Shown here: piece by piece, positions 53,339-64,000 of the stretch
Layout of the letters: each line of letters opens with the position of its first letter
Position numbering within the stretch: the stretch's first letter is position 1
Assembly (NCBI GenBank): GCA_030390025.1
Contig: CM059432.1
Location: 56,422,001 to 56,486,000 of the forward strand
Length of the DNA stretch: 64,000 bases
Direction of reading: 5' to 3'
Origin: Squalus acanthias
Lineage: Eukaryota
Translations under genes and position numbers: made by a program
The notes under the pieces: model-generated
Database searches by the model: none
What the model saw: only the letters and a program-made list of their open reading frames with translations
What the model was told of the DNA's origin: nothing

Positions 53339-55364
53339 CTTTCCAAGTTCCTCTCTAGTTGCTCTGAGATATCCTTTACCTTTACACTAGGTAGGCAACA
53401 CACCCTCTGGGCTCTCAGCTGCGACTGCAGAGGACACTTTCTATCACTCTAATTAACGAATCCCCTGTGACTACCACCTTTCAATTCTACTCTTTCCCCC
53501 CCGACTGCCTCCTGCTCCATGGTGCCATGCTTTGCATTCTGACTGTCCACCCCACAGCCTGCATCCTTATCTTCACAGGTAGCGAGTGCATTGTACTTGT
53601 TGGACAGGGCCAGTGTCTGTCAGACCTCCTTTATCTCCACTTGGTTCCCCTTACCCTGCTGACTAACAGTCGCACTCTCCCCTTCCTGCACCTGTGCTTT
53701 CCTCTGAGGTATGACTGTACTCTGTTGAAAACTATCCAGAAATTCCTCCTGATCTAGAAATTTGCTGTGTGTCATAGAAATCTTTCAAACTGGAGATATC
53801 CATGAACCTGCTTTCATTGTCTGCCGTTGGCACACAATATTTTGACTGGTGAAACCTGTTCCAGACTGTGCTAAAGGCAAATGTCTGAACTGCTGGATAA
53901 TGATCTTGGATTCCAGGGATGTCCATCTTGGAAACTTAGGCAACCAGGGCACAAAAGCAATTCTCAACCATTCCCCAGGAGCAAGAGAATTGAGTAAGGT
54001 AAGGCACAAATGAAGGATAGTCCCATTGAGGATGCACTAGTTGAGTTATTTTCCACATTGATTTGCACAGCTGCAGAAGTGGTGACACAAGTCCTCAGAC
54101 CTTAATAATCCTCATCTAATATTGGTTACTAATTGTTTTTATCCTTGTGGTTGGCTGATGTTAACACCTGGAAAGAGCCTGTGACTTGCCTTAACTTGTG
54201 CTTTGGCACAGCTCAAAACAATGACCATCACCATTAGGATGATGTTGCCTCTGCTATCAACTTCATGCTGACTGGTGCCTTCCCAACATGTCACATTTGT
54301 CACCAAAGCACATTTTATGCATCAACTGAGATCTGTTTTAAGAATTCCCTCTATGTTGTAAAATGTAGAAATGCTTATTCAGTGGCCGCAGCCACCATAC
54401 CTCCCTTAATGGGTCCAGACCACAGGGGTTTGACCTTGTGCTTGTCGCACATTCCAGTTGATTTAACAGCATACTTTAGAGTATTGTGAGGGCAGAGCAA
54501 GTGAAGGAGCAGACTGAATTGCCTAAAGCCAATCACAGACCCCCGTCAATTTTCTCTGAGCAGATTGTACTGATGGTGACGAGAATACGTGGAAGATCTC
54601 TTTACTCAACCATCTGGATTCTGAGTGGAGCGGTTGTCTAATTTTTGAACCCTTTGTTTAGTATGATGCTTGGATTCTCTCACTGCTAAGTTCTAGCCTC
54701 CAGCTGAATCAGTGATGAGTAAAGACACCATCTTGAGCTTGGTGTATATGGTCACTGACTAAAATTGTATGAAATTGCATGTACCACCCTGTATAGAGAC
54801 TTCTTCCAGGTTAGATTGGAGAATTTATTCCAGTGGTGATGTCCTGTTCCCCTGATCGTAGAAGGCACCCATGTTCAAATTAAACTGTGAAAATCTCCTC
54901 CACAGGGAAATACCTTAATTACTCCAGAGAAGCAGTTGAATCAGCTCGGTCCCAATGGCAAAAAACTTCATTTGCAAGTCATCCTCTAAATGCAAATGGT
55001 TATGTACAAGACTTGCATGGCAAAGTTGATGAACAGGCAGGCTATCCAGGTGAACCTAGCTTCACTCGGGTAATGTCTAAAGGCAGAGCCAGATGCATGC
55101 TCATGTGGTTATGTTGACCAAGCTATGAATACCACACAACATATGCCGATATAACAATGGTGGCAACACTTCAAAAAGTAATCCATTGATTGTAAACTGC
55201 TTTGGGATATCCCGAGGGTGTGATATGGTGCTATATAAGTTCAAGTTAGTTGTTTTACTATGAAATCTAGAAAATAATCCTGCATAGGCACAGCTCTGGA
55301 TTCCACTCCCTACCTTGAACAAAATTTAGGAACTTTTGGAGACTGAATTTTTAGGAAAGATATT

Positions 55365-56104
55365 GGCCCAAAAATTCGTGAGGAAGCCTTCGTGCGAGGG
55401 TAAGGCCTCCCCGCGATCTCTCACTGCGCGTTGGCTTTTTCAGTTCCAGCTCGCACGAACTTGATGTTCTGGACAGCTGCTGTGCTGGGCTTGCGTATCC
55501 CACCGGCGTAGTTAATTCGTGCGAGCTGTGGGATCACGTGACTCAGTTAGAGCCAATGGCAGCACACCATCTTCCATTCATAACTTTCACATAAGTGCTG
55601 TGAAAGTTATGAATACTATAGCCCCCCAAAAGAACCGCTAAACCTCAATTAAATTAAAAAAAAACCATCACGTTAATAAAATAAGTATAGTTAAATAAAT
55701 TAACCATTTTAAATAAAAAATTAAATTTTTGAAAAAATTTAAAATCTTTCAAAAAGTTATAAAAAATAAACTTACCTGTCTTTAAAGTCTCTAAAAAAGA
55801 TATACCTGTTAAAAAAAATTCAAAATAATACTTAATTCACTACTTACCTTGTTAAAAGTGGGTCTTACTCCTTTTTTTATGTGTAGAATCTTCCGTACTT
55901 ACCTGCGCGTTGAAACCACTAAGTGCACAGCGTGCGCGCAGCCTGTAGCGCGCACGCGGTTCACCTAGGACCCGCCCCCTTTTCCATTCACCAAGTGCCG
56001 GTTTTCAGCGCATGCGCAGTGCATGCAGAAAACCGGCAATTGGAGACAGAATACGCGAGAGTACGCAGTGCGTACTCTCGCGTAGCGGCACTAATTTTTG
56101 GGCC
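55365..56104. mobile_element. PIF/Harbinger-like MITE
   Basis: TIR GGCCCAAAAATTCGTG / CACTAATTTTTGGGCC (15/16); TSD ATT on both sides; close paralogue at 62754-63492. Confidence 0.92.
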
Positions 56105-56526
56105 ATTGTGTGGAGTGCAGGCAATGTTCAAAATCTGATCAAAGTAACTGCAGATCCTATCAGCAATCCCAGGCTTGGAAATGAGCTAGCTTAATGAGAT
56201 CTACGTATCTATCTCTATATCTCTTTAACCGTCTGCCTCCCTTGCCCTTTGCCTTCCTCGCCCTGTCTCTATCACTATAAATATATTTTTAATGCAATTT
56301 TGTAGGCACCTGTGTTTGCACATATATTTGTATTAATACATATGTGTAGATGGCACAATAATTATGTATGCATGTATAGTATTAATGTATTTCATATCCT
56401 TTTCTTGGTTGACAATTTTCTTTAACTCTGAACTTGGATGCTGCACCAATTTGAATTTTCTTTTTTATATTTCTGCTTTTGTAGCCCCTCTGAGTAAGGT
56501 TACTAATTAATAATAAAAAAAATTAT

Positions 56527-56961
56527 AAGGATGATTCCAGAACTGAGAAGTTATAACTATCAGGAAAGACTGAACAGGCTGGGGCTCTTTTCTCTCGTAA
56601 AGAAAAGGCTGAGAGGTGACCTGATAGAAGTCTTTAAAATGATGAAGGGGTTTAATAGGGTAAACATAGAGAAGATGTTTCCACTTGTATGGGATTCTAA
56701 AACTGAGGGCCATAAATATAAGGTAGTCAGTGATCAATCCAATAGACAATTCAGGAGAAACTTCTTTACCCAAAGAGTGGTAGGAATGTGGAACACACTA
56801 TCACAAGGAGTAGTTGAGGAAAATAGTACAGATGCATTTAAGGGGAAGCTAGATAAACACATGAGGGAGAAAAGAATAGAAGGATATGCTGGTAGGATTA
56901 GATGAAGAGGGGTGGGAGGAGGCTCGTGTGGAGCATAAATACCGACATAGACCAGTTGGGC
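56527..56961 (+). mobile_element. Older CR1 3' end whose tail resumes at about 61209-61260
   Basis: [34 protein letters not shown]|...|GAATGGCCTGTTTCTGTG rejoin. Confidence 0.82.
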
Positions 56962-59900
56962 AGCAGCGGCGGCGGCAGAGCGGAACTGGGAGGAGCGGCG
57001 AGACGGCAGTGGCGGTATAAAGAGAGCCTGAGGTGCAGGTAAGCCCCACAGCAGCGGCAGCAGAGCGGACCTGGGCGGAGTGGCGAGGTGGCGGGGGTAC
57101 CAACTCAGCACCGGCAGAATTTTTAAAGAGTGACGTCAGAAGTCAAAAGTGACGTCGGCACAAGGGGAGGGAGCTGATTGGTGAGTATCTGGTAAGTGTT
57201 TTTACTTAGCTTTCTGAAAGTTTTTAAGTTTATTCCAGCTAGGTTAGCAAATTAGAGGTTAATTAGAGGTATGGCAGGGCAGCTCACACCCATGGAATGC
57301 ACATCCTGTGCCATGCGGGAAGTCCTGGACACCTCCCGTGGTCTGGACGACCACATGTGCGGGAAGTGTCGCCAGCTACAGCAAGCTCGAGCACCGTGTT
57401 ACGGAGCTTGAGCGGCGGCTGCAGTCATTGCTGTGCATCCGCAAGGCTGAGAGCTACGTGGATAGCACATTTCGGGAGGTGGTCACCCTGCGGCTGAAGA
57501 GTGTGCAGGCAGAGAGGGAATGGGTGACCGTCAGACAGAAGAGGACCACCAGGCAGGTAGTGCAGGAGTTCCCTGAGCCCATCTTGCTCACCAACCAGTA
57601 TTCGGTGCTGAGTACTGATGAGGGCGATGGTTCCTCTGGGGAGTGCAGCCAGAGCCAAGTCCACCGCACCATGGAAGGCTTAGCTGCACAGGCGGGGGCA
57701 AGAGGAGAGGGAGAGCAATAGTGATGAGGGGATTCAATAGTTAGGGGAGCAGATAGGTGTTTCTGTGGCCGCAGACGTGACTCCAGGATGGTATGTTGCC
57801 TCCCTGGTTCCAGGGTCAAGGATGTCACTGAACGGCTGCAGGGCATTCTGAGGGGAGAGGGTGAACAGCCAGAGGTCATGGTCCATATCGGTACCAATGA
57901 CATAGGGAGGAAGAGGGGTGAGGTCCTGCAGGCAGCGTTTAGGGAGCTAGGAAAGAGGTTAAAAAGCAGGACCTCAAAGGTAGTAATCTCCAGTGCCATG
58001 TGCTAGTGAGTTCAGAAATAGGAAGATAGAGCAGATGAATGCATGGTTGGAGAGATGGTGTAGGAGGGAGGGCTTTAGATTCCTGAGGAATTGGAACCGT
58101 TTTTGGGGGAGGTGGCACCTCTACAAGCCAGACGGGTTGCACCTCAATGGGAATGGGACCAATATCCTTGCGGGAGGTTTTAAACTAGCTTGGCAGGGGG
58201 TTGGGAACTTAAGTATAGTGTCAATAGGGAGGGAAGAAAAACCTAAATTGGAAAACAAAAACGTAGAGAGTAAATTGGAAGGACAGAGGAATCAAGGGCT
58301 AGATAGTAGTCAACAAGGAGGTTTGCCTGTACTAAATGGTATATACTTCAATGCAAGGAGCATAGCGAACAAGGCAGATGAGCTGAGGGCACAGGTAGAT
58401 ACTTGGGACTATGTTATTATAGCTATTACAGAGATGTGGCTGAAAGAGGGGCAGGTATGGCAGCTCGACATTCCTGGTTACAGGATTTTCAGACGGGATA
58501 GAGAGGGAGGTCAAAAGGGAGAGGTGGGGGTCGCGGTATTGATTTAAAGAAACTATTACAGCTGTGAGGAGGGATGATATGTTGGAGGGATCATCAAACG
58601 AGGCCATATGGGTCGAATTGAAAAACAAAAAAGTGGCGATCACACTGCTGGGAGTGTACTACAGACCCCCAAACAGTGAGAGGAAGATAGAAGAACAAAT
58701 GTCGACAAATTTCTGAAGTGCAAAAACAATAGGGCAGTAATAGTAGGGGATTTCAACTACCCCAATATTAACTGGGATAAAATTAGTGTGAAGGGTATAG
58801 AAGGTGCAGAATTCCTAAAATGCATCCAGGAGAACTTTTTTAGCCAGTACGTAGCAAGCCCAACAAGGGAGGGGGCGATTCTGGACTTAGTTTTAGGGAA
58901 TGAAGCTGGGCAGGTGGAAGGCGTATCAGTGGGGGAGCATTTTGATGCTAGTGACCATAATTCTGTTAGATTTAAGGTAGTTATGGAAAAGGACAAGGAT
59001 AGACCAGGAATAAAAATTCTAAATTGGGAAAAGCAAATTTTGCTAAGCTCAGAGGGGATTTAGCCATAGTGGACTGGAAACAGCTACTTGAAGGTAAATC
59101 AGTGTCAGAGCAGTGGGAGGCATTCAAGGAGGCGATCCGGAGGGTTCAGACCAAACATGTGCCCTTAAAGAAAAAAGGTGGGACTAACAAATCTAGAGTC
59201 CCCTGGATGTCCAGAGACATCCAGGGTAGGATAAAGAAAAAAAGGGAGGCGTATGACAGATACCGAGGGCTAAATACTCCCAGAATCTTTAGAGGAGTAC
59301 AGAAAGTGCAGGGGTGCAATTAAAAATGATATTAGGAAAGCAAAGAGAGAGCATGAAAAATTCTTGGCAAGTAAAATCAAGGAGAACCCAAAGATGTTTT
59401 ATAAATATATTAAGAGTAAAAGGATAACTAAAGAAAGGGTAGGACCTATTAGAGATCATGAGGGTAATCTGTGTGTGGAGGCAGGAGACGTCAATAGGGT
59501 TCTTAATGAATACTTTGCGTCTGTTTTCACAAAGGAGAGGGGCGAAGCAGACATTGCTATCGGGGGAGGAGTGTGAAATATTAGATGAAATAAACATAGT
59601 GAGAGAGGAAGTATTAAGGGGTTTAGCAGTTTTAAAAGTGGATAAATCCCCAGGCCCGGATGAAATGTATCCCAGGCTGTTAAGCGAAGCAAAAGAGGAA
59701 ATAGCAGAGGCCCTGACCATCATTTTTCAATCCTCTATGGCTTCAGGTGTGGTGCCGGAGGACTGCTAATGTGGTACCCTTGTTTAAAAAGGGAGAAAAG
59801 GATAGACTGAGTAATTACAGGCCAGTCAGCCTAACCTCGGTGGTGGGAAAATTATTGGAAAGAATTCTGAAGGACAGGATAAATCTTCATTTAGAAAGAC

Positions 59901-61208
59901 ATGGATTAATCAAGAATAGTCAGCACGGATTTGTTAAGAGAAGGTTATGTATGACAAACTTGATTGAATTTTTTGAGGAGGTAACAAGGAGCATAGATGA
60001 GGGTAGTGCGTTTGATGTAGTGTATATGGACTTTAGCAAGGCTTTTGATAAGGTTCCACATGGCAGACTGGTCACGAAGTTAAAAGCCCATGGGATCCAG
60101 GGCAAAGTGTCAAGTTGGATTCAAAACTGGCTCGGAGACGGGAAGCAGAGGGTAATGGTTGATGGGTGTTTTTGTGACTGGAAGGCTGTTTCCAGTGGGG
60201 TTCCGCAGGGCTCAGTACTAGGTCCCTTGCTTTTAGTGGTATATATCAATGATCTAGACTTGAATATAGGGGGCATGATTAAGAAGTTTGCAGATGATAC
60301 TAAAATCGGCTGTGTGGTTGAAACTGAAGAAGGAAGCTGTAGACTGCAGGAAGATATCAATAAATTGGTCAGGTGGGCAGAACGGTAGGCAAATGGAATT
60401 CAATCCGGAGAAGTGTGAGGTAATGCATTTGGGGAGGGCTAACAAGGAATGGGAATACACATTAAATGGTAGGACACTGAGTAGTGTAGAGGAACAAAGG
60501 CACCTTGGAGTGCATGTCCACAGATCCCTGAAGGTAGCAGGCCAAGTAGATAAGGTGGTTAAGAAGGCATACGGAATGCTTGCCTTTATTAGCCGTGGCA
60601 TAGAATACAAGAGCAGGGGGGTTATGCTTCAACTGTGTAAAACACTAGTTAGGCCTCAGCTAGAGTACTGTGTACAGTTCTGGTCACCACATTACAGGAA
60701 AGATGTGCTTGCACTAGAGAGGGTACAGAGGAGATTTACAAGGATGTTGCCGGGAGTAGAGAATCTTAGCTATGAGGAAAGACTGGATAGGCTGGGTCTG
60801 TTTTCCTTGGAACAGAGGAGGCTGAGGGGAGACCTTATTGAGGTGTATAAAATTATGAGGGGCCTAGATAAAGTGGATAGAAAGGACCTATTTCCCTTAG
60901 CAGAGGGGTCAAAAACCAGGGGGCGCAGATTTAAAGTAATTGGGGGAAGGTTTAGAGGGGATTTGAGGGGAAGTTTCTTCACCCAGAGGGTTGTGGGGGT
61001 CTGAAACTCACTGACTGAAAGGGTGGTAGATGCAGGAACCCTAACCACATTTAAAAAGTACTTGGATATGCACTTGGGATGCTCTAACCTGCATGGCTAC
61101 GGACCAAGAGCTGGGAAGTGGGATTAGGCTGGATAGCTCTTTGTTGGCTGGCATGGACATGATGGGCCGAAATGGCCTCCTTCCGTGCTGTAACTTTCTA
61201 TGATTCTG
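56962..61208 (+). mobile_element. Full-length CR1 LINE (about 4.25 kb), disrupted ORF1 and ORF2
   Basis: GC-rich 5'UTR; ORF1 from ATG 57271 (CTSC..CGKC, leucine zipper, GDSIV/GTND/DGLH esterase); ORF2 about 58335-61126 ([26 protein letters not shown]); TTCTATGATTCT tail. Confidence 0.93.
57016..57197 (+). promoter_or_regulatory. Putative CR1 internal promoter motifs and sense-strand splice donors
   Basis: TATAAA 57016, CAG/GTAAG 57039, TGACGTCA 57131, TGACGTCG 57150, ATTGG 57177, GTGAGT 57181, GTAAGT 57192. Motif matches only. Confidence 0.4.
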
Positions 61209-62753
61209 TGAATGGCCTGTTTCTGTGATGTAGACTCGATGTAACTCAATGTAATATCTAATTAAGGGTGATTTTCTGGTGTGAATGTGCACTACTCAGA
61301 ATTAGAGGATGAATGCCCTGATTAACTTCATTTAGAATCTTCAAATCTAGCAGGCAGTGATGACTTTTGCCCTATTCGTCTGGGTAGCTGTAAAACCATG
61401 CTCTATAGGTGGGAGGGCAGTGTTCTAGGCCATAGTTCCTGGCAGGGAATTGTTTTAATGACCCTTTTATGTCTCAGAATGTGTGTTTTTTTTAAAAAAA
61501 GAACTCGAACCTATTAAGAATATTGTTTTTGTTAAGTGTTTCTCCATAAGATGTGGCAGACCACTCTTTCAGAATAAGTGGATGTTGCCTACAAAAGCTA
61601 AAGGGAATTTTTATGCTTATTGGCAGCCATTGATGCCAGTGGGGATGCCTGTGTGATATCGGCAGTGAAGTTCTAAGCTGGAATATAGAAAATATTGCAG
61701 CAATTTTGCTACAAATCGTAAACTCACAAACTGTTCCCCCAGCACAGACTGAGAACTGTTGAAAATAATGGGTGTTAATGAATATTTAATATGCATTCCA
61801 CAGTAAAAAGAATATCACTAAGTTATGACATATGGGGCCTTCAGGAACTCTATAGGGGTCGCAATTTATTGCTGTACTTAATTTTAGATTTTGAGCATGG
61901 TCATAGTTTATACACTTTTTATTTAGCACCACACCCTACTTGAGTCTAATGGTACACTGCTTCCATGCTGTATAAAAGCCTTTCTTGAATGCCAGAGAAA
62001 TAGTTTCTTGTGATGAATAGCCTAACAGAAATTTAACAAAATGTTAGACATCTGAAATAAAAACAGAATGCAGCAAGTTAGTCAGCAGCTGCAAACAAAA
62101 AAGATAGGCTATGACATTTTGGGTGTGCATTCTAGGAAGGTTACACACCCAAAAATCACTTCCTGTCTATTTTTCTTCACATATGATGACAGAGCTGTTT
62201 TATATTTTTGGAATTTTATGTTTTTATTTAAAATATATAATCTTAGCACATGTGCCTCCTGTTACGCCTGAAAGGTTGACTAGATGAGTTTGTGGTGTGT
62301 TGAGGATGGATTGTAAGAGCGAAATGACTAAAAAAAATTCAAAAGCAATTTGATGTAATTCAACAAAATTAATAAAATTAATTTTTAGTCTGGAAAGTTT
62401 ATTTGTGATAAATATTTATTAATTTCAAATTGTTAAAAGTGAGCGCTTAATAGGGCTTGTACCAGACTCCTCAATGATCAACATCCTGCTCTGATTTTTT
62501 CATTGATAACTCCATTTCATTTCTACTTGAGGATATAGATGCTGATAGTCTTCAAGATCCAGGAACAGTAATAGCACTATTAGTCACCAGTAGGGGATAA
62601 TGTTCGAAATGCTCGAGGCATCTCCATTCACTAAAAATACATGAGCATTCAGCTAAATGCAATGAAATGATGGTGTTCTTAACAGCTTGTTGACTGTTAA
62701 TACTCATTATTGCTGACTGCCATATATCTTGTCTTACAGACAGGAAGAACAAT

Positions 62754-63492
62754 GGCCCAGAAATTGATCTCGCTCTGTTCCCGCGGGGGTAAGCCTTCCC
62801 CGCGATCTCTCACTCCGCGTTGGCTTTTTCAGATCCAGCTCGCACGAACTTGATGTTCCAGACATCAGCTGGGCAGTGCTTGCGTATCCCACCGGCGTAG
62901 TGAATTCGTGCGAGCTGTGGGATCACGTGACTCAGTTAGAGCCAATGGCAGCACACCATCTTCCATTCATAAGTTTCACATACGTGCTGTGAAATCTATG
63001 AATCTTACACCCCCCCAAAATAACAGCTAAACCTCAATTAAATTTAAAAAAAACCATCACATTAATAAAATAAGTATAGTTAAATAAATTAACCATTTTA
63101 AATAAAAAATTAAATTTTTGAAAAAATTTAAAATCTTTTAAAAAGTTATAAAAATAAACTTACCTGTCTTTAAAGTCTCTAAAAAAGATATACCTGTTAA
63201 AAAAAATTCAAAAAAATACTTAATTCACTACTTACCCTGTTAAAAGTGGGTCTTACTCCTTTTTCCATTTCTAAAATCTTCCGTCCTTACCTGCGCGTCC
63301 AAAGCACGAAGTGTACAGCGTGCGCGCAGCCTGTAGCGCGCACGCGATGCACCAAGGAACCGCCCCCTTTTCAAAAGACCAAGTGCCGGTTTTAAGCGCA
63401 TGCGCAGGGCATGCAGAAAACCGGCAATTGGAGAGAGAATACGCGAGAGTACGCAGTGCGTACTCTCGCGCAGCGGGATGAATTTTTGGCCC
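62754..63492. mobile_element. PIF/Harbinger-like MITE
   Basis: TIR GGCCCAGAAATTGATCTCGCT / AGCGGGATGAATTTTTGGCCC; TSD AAT on both sides. Confidence 0.92.
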
Positions 63493-64000
63493 AATAACAT
63501 TGAGTTACATGAACTCTCCTTGTCTTTATTCATTTCTACATTTTGGGCATAATTAAGATGTACTTCATAGATTTAAAATTTGTTCTATTGAGTATGTAAG
63601 GAATACTTTATGGGGGTGTGTAACTTGTTAATCTTTGTGATTTGTTGACTTCCAGATATTTAAAAAATGCAGCAAGTAAAATAACCAGGTAATAACTTTA
63701 CTGGTAATACATGCTCCTCCAACTCTCTGGCGTGGAGAGCTGCTTGTGAGTACTGAAAAACGTGCCAGCAGAGAGTGGTTTTCATTGTTGCAGAACCGAG
63801 ATGTGGTTTCAATTAAAAAAAAATATAAACCTTGTGTTTTTGAGTGTGGCTGTTTTAACTAAGCAGCTGCACAATTATTGCTCATAATGGGATAACATGA
63901 TAGGATGAAGGCTTTTATTTTGAGAGATATACAAAGAATTGCTAGACTTTAAGTTATTTAATTTTTGTGTTATGGTTGTATATTCAGCTGGATCAGCAAA

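Noticed and set aside
59747..61004. Reverse transcriptase ORFs as a retron, DGR or other novel RT system
   Set aside because: Motifs, APE/ORF1 context and 3' tails are standard CR1 LINE, and the frames are broken.

Overview
Eukaryotic, repeat-dense intronic DNA. The repeat content (CR1, Deu-domain SINEs, Penelope) suggests a shark or other cartilaginous fish; this is inference. The only host-gene sequence recognised is one 153-bp coding exon of TRAPPC9 (7246-7398, + strand, AG/GT flanked), so the rest is most likely TRAPPC9 intron. The remainder is mostly decayed, often nested mobile DNA: many CR1 LINEs (two near full length with ORF1 and ORF2), a tRNA-headed APE-RT LINE family, RTE and L2 fragments, Penelope-like elements with hammerhead ribozyme motifs (two as palindromic mini-insertions), three solo LTRs, a near-complete hAT transposon, a pogo/Tigger-like MITE and Deu-type SINEs. 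There is also a family of GGCCC-ended, 3-bp-TSD (PIF/Harbinger-like) MITEs whose internal hairpin layout is conserved although the sequence is not. Almost all listed ORFs are TE fragments or spurious. I found no clear novel gene system; the best leads are the structured MITE family, the hammerhead palindromes and the tRNA-headed LINE.
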